A stretch of 64,000 bases of DNA from Eledone cirrhosa (GCA_964016885.1 OZ024746.1:65100001-65164000), one strand, 5' to 3'. Shown: positions 26,777-43,531, counted from the first letter of the stretch. The notes: generated by a model not told the origin, from the sequence alone. Translations and numbers: made by a program.

Positions 26777-27702
26777 TGGTATTATTATATCTAATGGTAT
26801 TTCCCCTGTTGTTGTGTGGTCTTGTATAGAAGTTTCGGACGTATTGAGGTTCGGTTTGTTGATAGTCCGAGTTGTAGATGTTGTTCCTTTGTGTGGGTTG
26901 GGATCTACGGTTTTGGAACAGGCTCTGTGTGGGCAGGGGTCTACGGTTTTGGAATAGGTTTTCTGTGGGTTGTGATCTGCGGATCGGGTCCTGTCTTGTG
27001 TTGGGGGATCTTCGGTTTTTGTTAGTAGGGTTATAGTTTTGTCTATGGGTTTTGGGATTATCGTTATAGTTTTGCTGGGGGTATGTTGGACGTTTTGTTA
27101 CTTTTTTTGTTATTTGTTGTGAATGCTTTATTACTTTTTTTTTTATTAGTTTGTTTTAAAAATGGGTTACCTATATGTTGTTCATTTTTGAAGTCCATTT
27201 CGTAGTTGTTGAACCAGGTGGCGTTGTTTCCCCATCGCTGGAGGGATGTTAGTTCTTCCTCCTCACAGTTTTATTTCCAAAGTTTTAAGGTTTTTTTAGT
27301 AGAGTAGGCCTTCAGACTGCTTTGAGGTTTCTATGTCCATCTGTTGGTCGAGTGACTTTAATTTTTCTTCGTTGGAGTTGGCTCTTAATCGCAACAGTTC
27401 TATTTCTATTTAACATTTTTCTAACGCCATTTTTTCCTTCAGTCTTTGTTGGTTTTCTGGTTCGTGAGCCCCCTTTTTTAAGTAAAAAGAAATTCAAACA
27501 CTCATATATGAAAAAAACAACCTGAGCCCGCCCCCTTGTTTGAAGAACTTTGTAACGCGAACTGGCGCAAAATTTATTATAATTATTAACCAACCAATCA
27601 AATTACTTCTCTAAAAACCTGGCGTTTCGAGCCACTTTTTTCCATATAAAACAAGTAACATTCAAAGACCAACCAGATGTGAGAAAAACCAGAGACCCTC
27701 CA

Positions 27703-27752
27703 TTTCAACTCTACTTTTGAAAAGCAGAAGAAGTGCGAAACCGGTAAATGAA
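27703..27752 (+). ncRNA. Variant-core (U3-A8) hammerhead motif in pLTR; mirror ~23543-23590 (-)
   Basis: UUGAAAA 27717-27723; stem II gca(g)/(c)tgc; GAAA; palindromic ACCGGU; GUA; stem I short and bulged. Confidence 0.55.
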
Positions 27753-27897
27753 CCAAATAAATATATATATTTTTAAAAAATAAGCCTCCAGTTGCATTTT
27801 CGATTTCATCTTTTTTTCTTTATACTTTCACTCGTGTAGGACACCTCGGTATTTTTCATTTTGTAAAAAAATAAAAAAACAAACAAAAAAACCTCAC

Positions 27898-28007
<110 letters not shown>

Positions 28008-29173
28008 CATAAAGTATGTCTATAGGAACATTTGATAAAAATATACACCATTTCCTCTCTCAATTAGCATAATTAACAACATAATAAATCAGTTAGACCA
28101 GGCTATAAGATTAAAAGGCTCCTATGAAGAAATATTTGATAAATACACGACCGCAGCCTCTTCGCGGCCGACCGCAATAGAATATTTACCCAACATTTCA
28201 ACAGCACGTGGGAATCGACTAAATATACCGTCAACCATCCACAATTAGGTATAAAATTAAAGTTAGAAGAAATGCGTACACTCTTACCATATATATATAT
28301 ATATATATATATACATAAGCAGAAGGGATATTCAATTTGTAATGGATCTCACACAAAATAATATATAATTTTCTATATATATTTTGGAGTAAATCATTCA
28401 TCTAATTTAATGGTTAACAAACAAAATTGGAGTTATCTTTCCTTTCTCAATCGTGCAAACATAAACATATTATGTTTGATAATCTGTATAGCTTCGCTAA
28501 ATTAACATTATTCTGAAAACATTTTTAATGTTGAACAACATTTTTGAATCCACAAATTGTTCTACTCTCACAACTTGAACCACCTATTTTAAAGTAAAAT
28601 ACAAAATCAACGTCCTTCGTAACTCATATTTGATATATAAACAACTAATACATACGCAATATATTAATATATATATAGATAGTTATATACATATAACCTA
28701 ATGTAATAAGATAAAGTACTTACAACCATTTATTCTTCATATAATCTAATTTATTATATATACAATATTATAACTCATAATATAGGTAAATAATCCCCCC
28801 CCCCCCAAAAAAAAATTAACGTAAATGCTAGCTCATCTTCCTTTCTCTTCTTTCCTATGCATACAATAACTTATCATAATTATTTAAATTTTCCATAGCG
28901 TCTAAAATAACGTTTTTTTCAGCACTTTTACCTAAACCTCATTTGCATACTCATCTTAATAATTTGAAATATCTGACTTTTCTTCCCTTATCTCTTCACT
29001 ATCCAAGGATAACTTGAACTGTTAAGGTATTTTTCTTGGTTATGTCAAAATTTATAAAACATACTTCGTATTTTATCTGATGATAGCGTATCAAAATGTT
29101 GGTACCCTTAAAATATATATAATAGAATAAATATGGTTTTATTAATATAGTTTCCATTTATTTAATATCATTG

Positions 29174-29231
<58 letters not shown>

Positions 29232-29234
<3 letters not shown>

Positions 29235-29379
29235 GGAAAAGAATGAAACGAAATTTCATTTCTCACTCTTAGTACGGCTGATACTTAAAGATAAGTATGT
29301 ATACGTACATACATATATGTGTACAGACATACAGTAGTATGTATACATACATGCACACATATATATATATGTGTGCATG

Positions 29380-29435
<56 letters not shown>

Positions 29436-29909
29436 CTACTGTACGTCTGTACACATATATGTATGTACGTATACATACTTATATTTAAGTATCAGCCGTA
29501 CTAAGAGTGAGAAATGAAATTTCGTTTCATTCTTTTCCATTTATCGTTTTCGGTTGCCCGGCCGACTAACTCACTCGATATGCAGATTAGGCTGCTCAGC
29601 CGTTAATATGCATAAGGAGAGTATATACTTTCAAACGTTCAATATTCTGACAGAAAGGTATACGATGCTGACGATAGCTAATAAGCTTGAAACTAGTACA
29701 TCGTTCCTGTATCAATGTTGAACAAAAGGGCGACGATGGTTGCCGAGCCCTGTACGGCGTAATTAGGGCTGTTTGTTTACAAGCAAACCGAGCATTATAA
29801 TAAATGTTCGGTAAACCCATACGTACATATATATATGTGTGCATGTATGTATACATATACATGCTACTGTACGTCTGTACACATATATGTATGTACGTAT
29901 ACATACTTA

Positions 29910-29913
<4 letters not shown>
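29232..29913 (+). mobile_element. Retrozyme family B, single unit with 5' inverted segment
   Basis: 29232-29345 is the reverse complement of ~29432-29543; body homologous to the 59-64 kb units; HHR 29662-29704 (acgatg-CUGACGA...GAAAC-ua-GUA-catcgt). Confidence 0.85.
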
Positions 29914-29957
<44 letters not shown>

Positions 29958-30001
29958 TTTACATATACATAAAGTTATAGATATATGTCTAATTTTGAGT
30001 T

Positions 30002-30081
30002 TGTCTCCTGATGAATCCTAACTCTGGACATTTCCTATTAATTGGATGTCTAAAAATACGGATGAAACCATGGTAGAGATA
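30002..30081 (+). ncRNA. Type I hammerhead ribozyme with extended stem II; downstream 30090-30363 has a diverged inverted relative at ~28005-28290
   Basis: tgtctc/gagata stem I; CUGAUGA 30008-30014; atcc...ggat stem II; GAAAC-caug-GUA, cut after 30075. Confidence 0.8.
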
Positions 30082-30377
30082 TAATTACGGTATGTACACA
30101 TTTCTTCTAAGTTTGAATTTACACCTAATTGTGTATGGTTGATGGTATATTTAGTCAGTTTCTACATGCTGTCGAAATGTTGGATAAAAACTCTATTGGG
30201 GCCACCGCGAAGAGGCTACTTTCGATTATTTGTCGGAGATTTCTTCATAAGAGCCTTTATTCTTATAGCTTGGTCTGATTGATTTTTTATATGGTTAATT
30301 ATGCTAATTGGGGGAGGAAATGGTATATATTTTATCTAATAATTTTAAGGACATGATTTATGATATATATATATATG

Positions 30378-32290
<1,913 letters not shown>

Positions 32291-32599
32291 GCGTGTGTTG
32301 TGTGTGTGTATTTAAATGTATGTATATATGTATATATCATAGATTGAGTTATAAACTCAAAATAGTCTTTCACAATTAAATAGCTCAAAGAAGGGAATCT
32401 TTCCGAGCCGTGTAATATAATTGGATATATGAGAGGGATGAACACAGATATAAGTATACATGTGTTCCAATTGCAAATGACCAAGTTAGCTAGGTTGAAA
32501 AAAATACTAATTTAAAACAATATGGTTTGCCTGGCTCGATTTAAAGTAATAAATCAATAAAAATAACAAACCTATATCGGGCATTCTTCCGAGTAGGAT

Positions 32600-33600
32600 T
32601 TTCGATAAAGACTTCCCAAATTATTCTCCAGGCTGAGTGTAACATCCAGAAAATTGATGCGGGTGAGGGAAGTCTGTAGGGTGGTTTTGAAGCCTACGTC
32701 CCGGAAGAATTTAATGAGGTGTTTACGGACCCGGTCCGTGCTACTGTGAGGGTAAGAAGCCCGTCATCTCAGTACAGACCACCGCCGAACGCAGGAAACT
32801 TTTCAATGAGTTTATGGAGTATTTATAGTCCTATAAAGTCGGTCACCTCGGCCGAGTCAATCTAGCCCATACTGACGTCGGAAGGAGAGTCTGGAGCTCT
32901 CTTTATCCAAGTGGAGTTTTCAAAGAGCAAGACGGTCTTGCTAGCGTGGAATATGATTTCAATTTCCTGGTCTGTAATGCGTGTAATAGTTTTGGCGTAA
33001 TCCAAAGCAGCCGTAAGGAGTGGTTGGGTAATAGAAGCATAGTAGTTCTCAATGTCGAACTTGATGAAAGTGGTATTCCGTTTATCCTTGATATTCTTAA
33101 ACCAGGAGATGACTTCCTGAGTGCTAACCCAAAGGCTAAGTCTCACGTTTTGCTTGACTTTGAGTATAACGCGATTCAGGATCTTTTTATTGATATTCCC
33201 TATATCCGACTTCGTCGGGTTTATAAGCCTGATAGATGGTTTGCGGTCGAAGCCTGATTTATGGTCCTTCAGGGTGAAATAATGAGTTCGAGGATCGATA
33301 GGTCCGTACGACCAGATACACCGAGGCTGGATGTAATATATTGTCCATCCGTGTTTATGTCGTGGATCAAGGAAGGGTTGCACTTTTTATAAGTAGAGGT
33401 CAAACTACTCCTAATTAGTGAATGGTAACTGTCTGGGTTGACGAAATGTAGATTTCCAGTTTTGTCCGATTGCACAAGGATGTCGTTGCCTACCATCTAA
33501 GCTGGAGCATACTTTCCAAGGCAAAATCTTACTCGGGAAGACGCCCTCCCTCCAATTTATGATCGGAGGAAACCATCCAGATGCTGTTTGCAAAGGACCA
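32600..33600 (-). pseudogene. PLE (Neptune-like) reverse transcriptase fragment
   Basis: DKTGNL, TLKDHK, RLINPTKSDIG, FIKFDIENYYASI, DVSMG, GLY*DDGL; stops and frameshifts. Confidence 0.85.
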
Positions 33601-34556
33601 ACTCTTAAACAAAAAGGGTGAACTTATTACCTCGTGTAAACACAGAATACATAGGATACATCTTACCTTCAAACTCCCTCACGACCCAGGTGGGTAGACC
33701 CGGCTGTATCTTTTTCCCATTTACAAACTAATATAGAGGACACCCCAGGCATACTTAGGTGGGAATAGACTTGTTTCTCTTTTCTTCATTAGTTACACAC
33801 TCTAATTACACTTAGGTGGATCTTTGCATATCTACACTTATAATCAGTTTCTATTCTTCCTTAGGTTAATCCGGCAAATTAACTCTCTAGTTAGATATAA
33901 ATAGAACCGGCCGAACACATAGCCATATTTTTTTTAATGTATTATTATGAAAGAAACTACTAGTAAATTACTGTATCGAGGTGCCGTTCCAGTGCATTAG
34001 AGTAACTGATAACTAAATTTTATTTATTAGGAATTTAATTAGTTTTATTATCTGAGCGTCGGACGCCATGCTTTCCAGCATAGTTACGTCCCTTTACGGT
34101 CTGAGTTCAAATCCCGTTGAGGTTAACTTTGCCTTTCATCCTTACAGGGTCAATAAAATAAAGCACCAGTAATGCACTGAGTAATTTCTGGCCTTGTGCG
34201 AAAAGTAGAAACAATTATCTATATGCTTTGCTCTAGCTAAGTGTTAAACTTGGCATACTTAATTCTCATATGCTGAATTTACTTTCTTACCCCATTAGTG
34301 ATAGTTGTGAAAATTTTCTCTCTTAATGTCTGACAGGCTTGGCAACCACAGGTCAGAATGTCATCTTAATCTCTCCCCTTTGTTCTACAGGCCAGTTCAG
34401 CCCCTCACCGCTATGAAGGAATTTAACCATGTACATGACATCCCAAATTCATTGACCTCTTCCCGTGAGAGATAAGAAAAACAACAAATTCTTAGGATTG
34501 TTTGATTTGATAGTTCCGCCTTTTTTGTTTTGACTGCATGCCCATATATAGATTGT

Positions 34557-34652
34557 ACCCCTTGATAAGTTCAGCTAGGTCCCCGCCGTCCTAATACTGC
34601 TGGATTAGTTCGGATCTAGCTGTCGAAACGGCCGGAGCTCAGCCATCGGGGT
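34557..34652 (+). ncRNA. U3-A8 variant hammerhead with long stem II at PLE-type 3' end
   Basis: acccc/ggggt stem I; UUGAUAA 34562-34568; cagctaggtcc/ggatctagctg stem II; GAAAC-ggc...gcc-AUC (one mismatch at 15.2-16.2). Confidence 0.7.
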
Positions 34653-34739
34653 CCTAACTCTTTTCCTATTACCCACTCTACTAGTATCGAGTACTCTGGT
34701 GCGTTATGGTCCCCCTGGTTCGTTACCACACTTTCTTTG

Positions 34740-34782
<43 letters not shown>

Positions 34783-34785
<3 letters not shown>

Positions 34786-35478
34786 CTACCAAGAGTTTAC
34801 GGTAGTGTCCAATCCGTATGAAGAACTCAATGTAATCCGGATATCATGGAAAGAAGAGATGCATTCAAAAATCACTTTCGGTGAAAGATAAACGGAATAC
34901 AGAGTCAAGATAAAGTATTAAAAAAATAATGAATAAAACAATGAAACAGTTCCTTATATTAAACAAAAAAAGTTCATTATTTAACGATCGTTTCTAGGAC
35001 ATATATGTGTTAGAATTGGCATGCATATTCAACAGATCTATGTACAAAATTATACAAAATTATACAAACTATCAAATCTAATATACATACCAACACATAC
35101 ATATGCCGTCGTCAGAAATAATGAAATATATTTATTGATAATAACAACAATTCAAAATTACAGGTCTGTTTGGTAACAGAGTTCAAATTGACCAATGAAA
35201 TACACAAAAATATATCAAGAAAATACAGTTAGGTGTGTGTATATATGTAAGTAACTTCGTTCACAGATATGCATAAAAATATATGTTCACATGCATACGC
35301 ATGTCGAAAAAATGTATGTAAATACAAAAATTCAGGGCTAATGTCTCTGTATGTTTATAATCTACAGATAAAATACACATACGTATATAAACATATATAC
35401 ACATTCATATATACACACACATATACATACATTCACACACACACGCGCATATACACAGAAACATACACATACCCACGA

Positions 35479-35534
<56 letters not shown>

Positions 35535-35763
35535 GTATACATTATTATTATAACTACATGGATATTAAGGCGCACACACAAAAAAACACTGCCACATACA
35601 TTTTTACATCTATATGCAGAAGATGGTGAAGGGGGTCAATAATTACTAAGGGTGTCAGAGAACTGCCTATTTATAAAATGTATCTATAAATTTAGAAATA
35701 AAAAGAAATATATTAAAAAAAATAAACAAATAAAATATATACTCATACATAAAATACACACCG

Positions 35764-35818
<55 letters not shown>

Positions 35819-36133
35819 TATATACATATATATATATACACATATATATACATACATATACACACGCATACATACATACACATATACATAGAGACACATA
35901 CACATACATATATAAATACATAGACACACATGCATACACACACATATATATATACATATATTCTCAACACACATATATATATACACACATATATGTACAT
36001 ACATATACACACATACATACATATACATATATACATACACACACATATATATACACACATATATACACACATATATACATATATATACACATACACGCAC
36101 ATATATATACACACACTCACACATATATATACG

Positions 36134-36172
<39 letters not shown>

Positions 36173-36249
36173 CCATGTATGTATATACACATACAACCAC
36201 ACACTCACACAACTCAGACATACATAAATAAAGAGATATACATACACAC

Positions 36250-36294
<45 letters not shown>

Positions 36295-36335
36295 CATAAA
36301 TATATATACACACACACACACACACACATATACAT

Positions 36336-36368
<33 letters not shown>

Positions 36369-37155
36369 AAGAAAAAAATAAATAAATAAATACACACAGT
36401 AGGACAATTATGCACACATATATATATATATATATACATACACACATCTCTACAAATATATATACACATACACACGCACACATACATATATACATACACA
36501 CATATATATACATAGACATATATATACACACATATATATACATACATATACATACATATACATACATATATACATATACATATATATACATATATACAAT
36601 CATACACACTTATTTACATGCGCACATATGTATTTTTATACTCACATACAAACACCCAAACATACATATCTACTTACATACACATACATACATCCACGCT
36701 TACAAATACAAATAATTATAGGGGGGGGGGGAGGGGATTAAAATTATTAGTGGGAAATAGTAAATATAGGTTTCAAGGAACATATATTTTTATGCATATC
36801 TGTGAACGAAGTTACTTACATATATACACACACCTAACTGTATTTTCTTGATATATTTTTGTGTATTTCATTGGTCAATTTGAACTCTGTTCCCAAACAG
36901 ACCTGTAATTTTGAATTGTTGTTATTATCAATAAATATATTTAATTATTTCTGAAGACGGCATATGTATGTGTTGGTATGTATATTAGATTTGATAGTTT
37001 GTATAATTTTGTATAATTTTGTACATAGATCTGTTGAATATGCATGCCAATTCTAACACATATATGTCCTAGAAACGATCGTTAAATAATGAACTTTTTT
37101 TGTTTAATATAAGGAACTGTTTCATTGTTTTATTCATTATTTTTTTAATACTTTA
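34783..37155. mobile_element. 5'-truncated PLE with inverted pLTRs (34911-35288 / 36778-37155) and tail; same family as 40608-46055
   Basis: ~380-bp inverted arms; interior collinear with the 40.6-43.9 kb 3' UTR. Confidence 0.85.
36944..37090 (+). ncRNA. Hammerhead ribozyme with ~114-nt stem II (mirror 34976-35122 on -, third copy 40661-40814 on -)
   Basis: attattt/aaataat stem I; CUGAAGA 36951-36957 (CUGACGA in mirror); GAAAC-gauc-GUU, cut after 37083. Confidence 0.75.
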
Positions 37156-37169
37156 TATATATATATATA

Positions 37170-39270
37170 TTGGAATAAATGCTCTGAAATAGCGATATAT
37201 ATGTGAATATAGACATAGAATATTCGAAAATATTCTGTATGTTTATAATAAACATTTTGAAGACCTAATCGCTATAGAATAGAATACGTCACGTATTACA
37301 ATTAGATTCTCGATAAAAGCAAGGGAAGTAATCTACGCGTTTCATTCTTGTTAGAAATCTTCAGGACTACATATCCAGTGCTTTTATCGAGAATGACACA
37401 GCTAGAGACTTATAGAATACTTAGCTGTGTACAGGAACTGGTTTGAAAGAGCGGTTGCCGGTCCGGCAGAAATTAGAAATTGGAATAAATGCTCTGAAAT
37501 AGCGATATATATGTGAATATAGACATAGAATATTCGAAAATATTCTGTATGTTTATAATAAACATTTTGAAGACCTAATCGCTATAGAATAGAATACGTC
37601 ACGTATTACAATTAGATTCTCGATAAAAGCAAGGGAAGTAATCTACGCGTTTCATTCTTGTTAGAAATCTTCAGGACTACATATCCAGTGCTTTTATCGA
37701 GAATGACACAGCTAGAGACTTATAGAATACTTAGCTGTGTACAGGAACTGGTTTGAAAGAGCGGTTGCCGGTCCGGCAGAAATTAGAAATTGGAATAAAT
37801 GCTCTGAAATAGCGATATATATGTGAATATAGACATAGAATATTCGAAAATATTCTGTATGTTTATAATAAACATTTTGAAGACCTAATCGCTATAGAAT
37901 AGAATACGTCACGTATTACAATTAGATTCTCGATAAAAGCAAGGGAAGTAATCTACGCGTTTCATTCTTGTTAGAAATCTTCAGGACTACATATCCAGTG
38001 CTTTTATCGAGAATGACACAGCTAGAGACTTATAGAATACTTAGCTGTGTACAGGAACTGGTTTGAAAGAGCGGTTGCCGGTCCGGCAGAAATTAGAAAT
38101 TGGAATAAATGCTCTGAAATAGCGATATATATGTGAATATAGACATAGAATATTCGAAAATAAAAAGCACTGGATATGTAGTCCTGAAGATTTCTAACAA
38201 GAATGAAACGCGTAGATTACTTCCCTTGCTTTTATCGAGAATCTAATTGTAATACGTGACGTATTCTATTCTATAGCGATTAGGTCTTCAAAATGTTTAT
38301 TATAAACATACAGAATATTTTCGAATATTCTATGTCTATATTCACATATATATCGCTATTTCAGAGCATTTATTCCAATTTCTAATTTCTGCCGGACCGG
38401 CAACCGCTCTTTCAAACCAGTTCCTGTACACAGCTAAGTATTCTATAAGTCTCTAGCTGTGTCATTCTCGATAAAAGCACTGGATATGTAGTCCTGAAGA
38501 TTTCTAACAAGAATGAAACGCGTAGATTACTTCCCTTGCTTTTATCGAGAATCTAATTGTAATACGTGACGTATTCTATTCTATAGCGATTAGGTCTTCA
38601 AAATGTTTATTATAAACATACAGAATATTTTCGAATATTCTATGTCTATATTCACATATATATCGCTATTTCAGAGCATTTATTCCAATTTCTAATTTCT
38701 GCCGGACCGGCAACCGCTCTTTCAAACCAGTTCCTGTACACAGCTAAGTATTCTATAAGTCTCTAGCTGTGTCATTCTCGATAAAAGCACTGGATATGTA
38801 GTCCTGAAGATTTCTAACAAGAATGAAACGCGTAGATTACTTCCCTTGCTTTTATCGAGAATCTAATTGTAATACGTGACGTATTCTATTCTATAGCGAT
38901 TAGGTCTTCAAAATGTTTATTATAAACATACAGAATATTTTCGAATATTCTATGTCTATATTCACATATATATCGCTATTTCAGAGCATTTATTCCAATT
39001 TCTAATTTCTGCCGGACCGGCAACCGCTCTTTCAAACCAGTTCCTGTACACAGCTAAGTATTCTATAAGTCTCTAGCTGTGTCATTCTCGATAAAAGCAC
39101 TGGATATGTAGTCCTGAAGATTTCTAACAAGAATGAAACGCGTAGATTACTTCCCTTGCTTTTATCGAGAATCTAATTGTAATACGTGACGTATTCTATT
39201 CTATAGCGATTAGGTCTTCAAAATGTTTATTATAAACATACAGAATATTTTCGAATATTCTATGTCTATA

Positions 39271-39275
<5 letters not shown>
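37170..39275. repeat. Family A retrozyme array, head-to-head: ~3.2 units on - (37170-38161) and ~3.6 units on + (38162-39275)
   Basis: 310-bp period; HHRs at 37328-37370, 37638-37680, 37948-37990 (-) and 38178-38220, 38488-38530, 38798-38840, 39108-39150 (+). Confidence 0.95.
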
Positions 39276-39341
<66 letters not shown>

Positions 39342-39342
<1 letters not shown>

Positions 39343-39472
39343 TTGCTTTTGAAAACAGGTGGTAATACGCATGTAAGTAAATATTCTCTCTATCTGATGT
39401 AAACTTACATAGGTCAATAACTGAGTATAGATACAATGTAATATCACCATCTAGAAACGATCGTAAAGCAGT
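39342..39472 (+). ncRNA. U3-A8 variant hammerhead with long stem II
   Basis: 7-bp stem I attgctt/aagcagt; UUGAAAA 39349-39355; aggtggt/accatct stem II base; GAAAC-gauc-GUA, cut after 39465. Confidence 0.75.
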
Positions 39473-39651
39473 GAAGTATATCTCTAATGACTTGATTTTT
39501 TATTTCATTGTTTTAACTTATATCATGACTGTTTTCCTTTTAATGTTTTATTGTTTTCTGAGATTTATCTTAACCTACAACATTTTCAACATATGGATTA
39601 CATTGAGTTTTTCATACAGAATAGACCCCACAACTTACAGTGGATACCTCT

Positions 39652-39683
<32 letters not shown>

Positions 39684-40479
39684 ACGAAGGAAATGTGGTA
39701 AGGAACCAGGTGGACCATAACGCACCAAAGTACTCAATACTTGAGGTAGTAGAGTGGATTCTGAATTTATTTTTCCACCTTTACTTCGTACGAACTTTCA
39801 TGTAGCTTGTTTTATATCTTTTAGAGTTAGCTTTAGTATATATTTTTCTCGGGACTCTGAATTATTATCTCGTATTAGTTCACTTTGCTGCACTGGGTGG
39901 TTGCTGGAATTGTGCCCGGGATGGAAACCTTTATTGTTTATTTCGTGGTAGTCTCTTTAGTATTTTGGCCCCTTTTGTTGACCCGTCACCGTATCATTTA
40001 CATACTTATACCTCTTAAAAGGGTCCTCGCCTATTCCGTCCCACCTAGTTCTTTTACTTATTTCGTTATTTCTTTATTTCTTTCTTTACTTCTTTCTTTC
40101 TTTATTTATTTATTTATTCTAGCCTAACAATATCTAGAGACCTAGGTCGTAGAATTTAATTTACTTTACTTTTTTCTTTACACTCTTTTGTTTTTCTTTA
40201 CACTTATTTGCTTTTCTTCACTCTCAGTATTTTTTCTTTCCTATATATTTCTACCCCCATTGTTCTACCTACCGTTCCGACTTCCTCCCCCCCCCCCTCC
40301 CCTGTATCTTCTTTGACCTCATGCCCAGCTGTAGCTGGCACTACAAACGCTTGATTGGGTCTACTCCACCCCCTCCCCTCTTTCTCCTACTGGCAGGTTT
40401 AGCCACCATCTCCCCTACTAATTTGCAACCACAGAATTACTACTGATTTTTGACAATCACTTTGACCATATATGGAATT

Positions 40480-40573
40480 ACCCCTTGAGAAGATCGGCTA
40501 TTTAAATACCAGGATAAATTTTCATTTAGTCCAGAATTAGCCGTCGAAACGGCTTGAGCTCAGCTGTCGGGGT
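40480..40573 (+). ncRNA. U3-A8 variant hammerhead ending PLE remnant ~39683-40585
   Basis: acccc/ggggt stem I; UUGAGAA 40485-40491; cggcta/tagccg stem II; GAAAC-ggc...gcu-GUC, cut after 40568. Confidence 0.8.
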
Positions 40574-40607
40574 CTTACTGGTTCCTATATATATATATAT
40601 ATATATA

Positions 40608-41460
40608 TAAAATATTAAACAAATAATGAATAAACAATTCCTTATATTAAACAAAAAAAGTTCATTATTTAACGATCGTTTCTAGGATATATATGTGTTA
40701 GAATTGGTATGCATATTTAACAGATCTATGTACAAAATTATACAAAATTATACAAATTATCAAGATTAAATATACATACCAACACATATATACGCCGTCT
40801 TCAGAAATAATGAAGTATATTTATTGATAATAACAACAATTCAAAATTTCAGGTCCGTTTGGGAACAAAATTGACCAATGAAAACACAAAGGGTTAAATG
40901 CAGTTCGGTGTGTGTATATACATGTAAAACCCTTACACATATTTTACAAAAATGTATGTATAATTTGTATACGCATACTAAAAGGATGGATGCAAATACA
41001 AAATTTCAAGGTTAATGTCTCTGTAAGTTTATAATGCACAGATAAGATGCGTATTGACACAAGTATGAAATTAAGTATATAAATATATTTTTTTTCATAC
41101 TCACACATATCCGTACAATCACACATACACGCGCGTATATGCATAAATATACACATAACCACGAACATACAAACACACACACACCCCCACTCACATTTAT
41201 ATATGTGGATATAAAATCATAAGCACATGGATATTAATTCACTCACATAAAACACTGGCACGCACATTTTTAGATCAAGATACAGAAATTAGGTGGGAGG
41301 GGGGGGGGAGAGGTCAGTATTCAACGGTCTGAGCAGACTGCCTAATATAGATGTATCTATAAACTAAGAAAATAAAAATAAAAAATAATAAATAAACATT
41401 AAAGAGGAAAGAATAGAAAGAAAAAAGAAAAAAGAAAAAAGAAAAAAGAAATATATCAAG

Positions 41461-41544
<84 letters not shown>

Positions 41545-41723
41545 TATATATATAATATACATATATATACACATAGACACACACACACACATACATAAAT
41601 ATACACACATATATACAAACACATACATACATATACACACATCCACACTAAGAACATACATACACACACATATATAAACATATACATATACACACATACA
41701 TACATATACACATATACATACAA

Positions 41724-41780
<57 letters not shown>

Positions 41781-42096
41781 TATGTATATACACGTACATA
41801 TACACACACATATACATATAATCACACATACTATATAGACACACATATATATAACCACACACATACATGCACATATACAACACTTACATACTAATATACA
41901 TACAGATATACACATACATAGCTATATATACACACAAATATATACAGACTTACATATATACATACAGACAAATACTTACGCATCTATATATCGGTATATA
42001 CATACAAACACCACTACACTATCACACAACTTAGAAATACAAAGAGAAAGGTATATACCTATACACACATCCATATACAAATAGAAAAACATATAG

Positions 42097-42127
<31 letters not shown>

Positions 42128-42408
42128 TATATATATACATATATATATATATAACATATATATATATATATATATACACATACATATACACATACATACA
42201 CATACACATACACACACATACATGTACACACACATAGAAATATATACGCATACACACATACACACATACATATAAAGTCATACACACACAAACACCTACA
42301 CGAACATACACATACACATATATAAAGATATATATACACACACACACACACACAACACATACACACATACACATATATATAAAAAAAATAAATAATAAAG
42401 ATATATAC

Positions 42409-42463
<55 letters not shown>

Positions 42464-42810
42464 CATATATATATACATACACATACACACACACATACAT
42501 AGACATACATGTACATACATACACGTACATCGATATACATACATATATATATACACACATAGACATATACATACATACACACACAACTTACATACACACA
42601 TATATATACATGTATATTCATACATAGAATTAGATATATAATCATACATACATATGCACTTACTTATACTCATATATACAAATACATACGCATCCATATA
42701 TGCGTATATACATAAAAACACCACTACAACCTCACCTAACTCAGACATACAAATAAAAATAAAAAGGCATATGTATATACATATATACACGCATTAATAG
42801 AGACATATAT

Positions 42811-42876
<66 letters not shown>

Positions 42877-43117
42877 ATTCATATATATATATATATAGAT
42901 ACCCACACACACATACCACCATAAATACACATACAAACACCCACATATACATATATATACACACGTATATATATATATATATATACACACACATAAAAAA
43001 AAAACAGACATGCACATATATATATTTTTTTTTACACTTATATATACACATATTATATACACATACACAACCTCACATATACACACATACACATAAGTTA
43101 TATTATAATAATAAAAA

Positions 43118-43154
<37 letters not shown>

Positions 43155-43241
43155 CATATATATATATATATATATACATATAAACATATACATACATATA
43201 TACACACATACGAATATAGACATATAATCACACATAGACAC

Positions 43242-43282
<41 letters not shown>

Positions 43283-43531
43283 TACATATACACAGACACA
43301 TATACACACTCACATATATATGTGTGTGCATACACACATACATACACACATACACATATATACACATAAACACATATATGTGCATACATGCACACACACA
43401 CACATATATCACATAGATACGAAGATAGACATATAAATAGAGAGACATACATATATATACAACACACATACACACACATACACACACATATATACACATA
43501 CATATATATATATATATATATATTTCTATAT

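Noticed and set aside
29070-29128. Hammerhead remnant (attttat-CUGAUGA...aaaatatatata-atagaat)
   Set aside because: G12 missing and stem II poor; likely a dead relic
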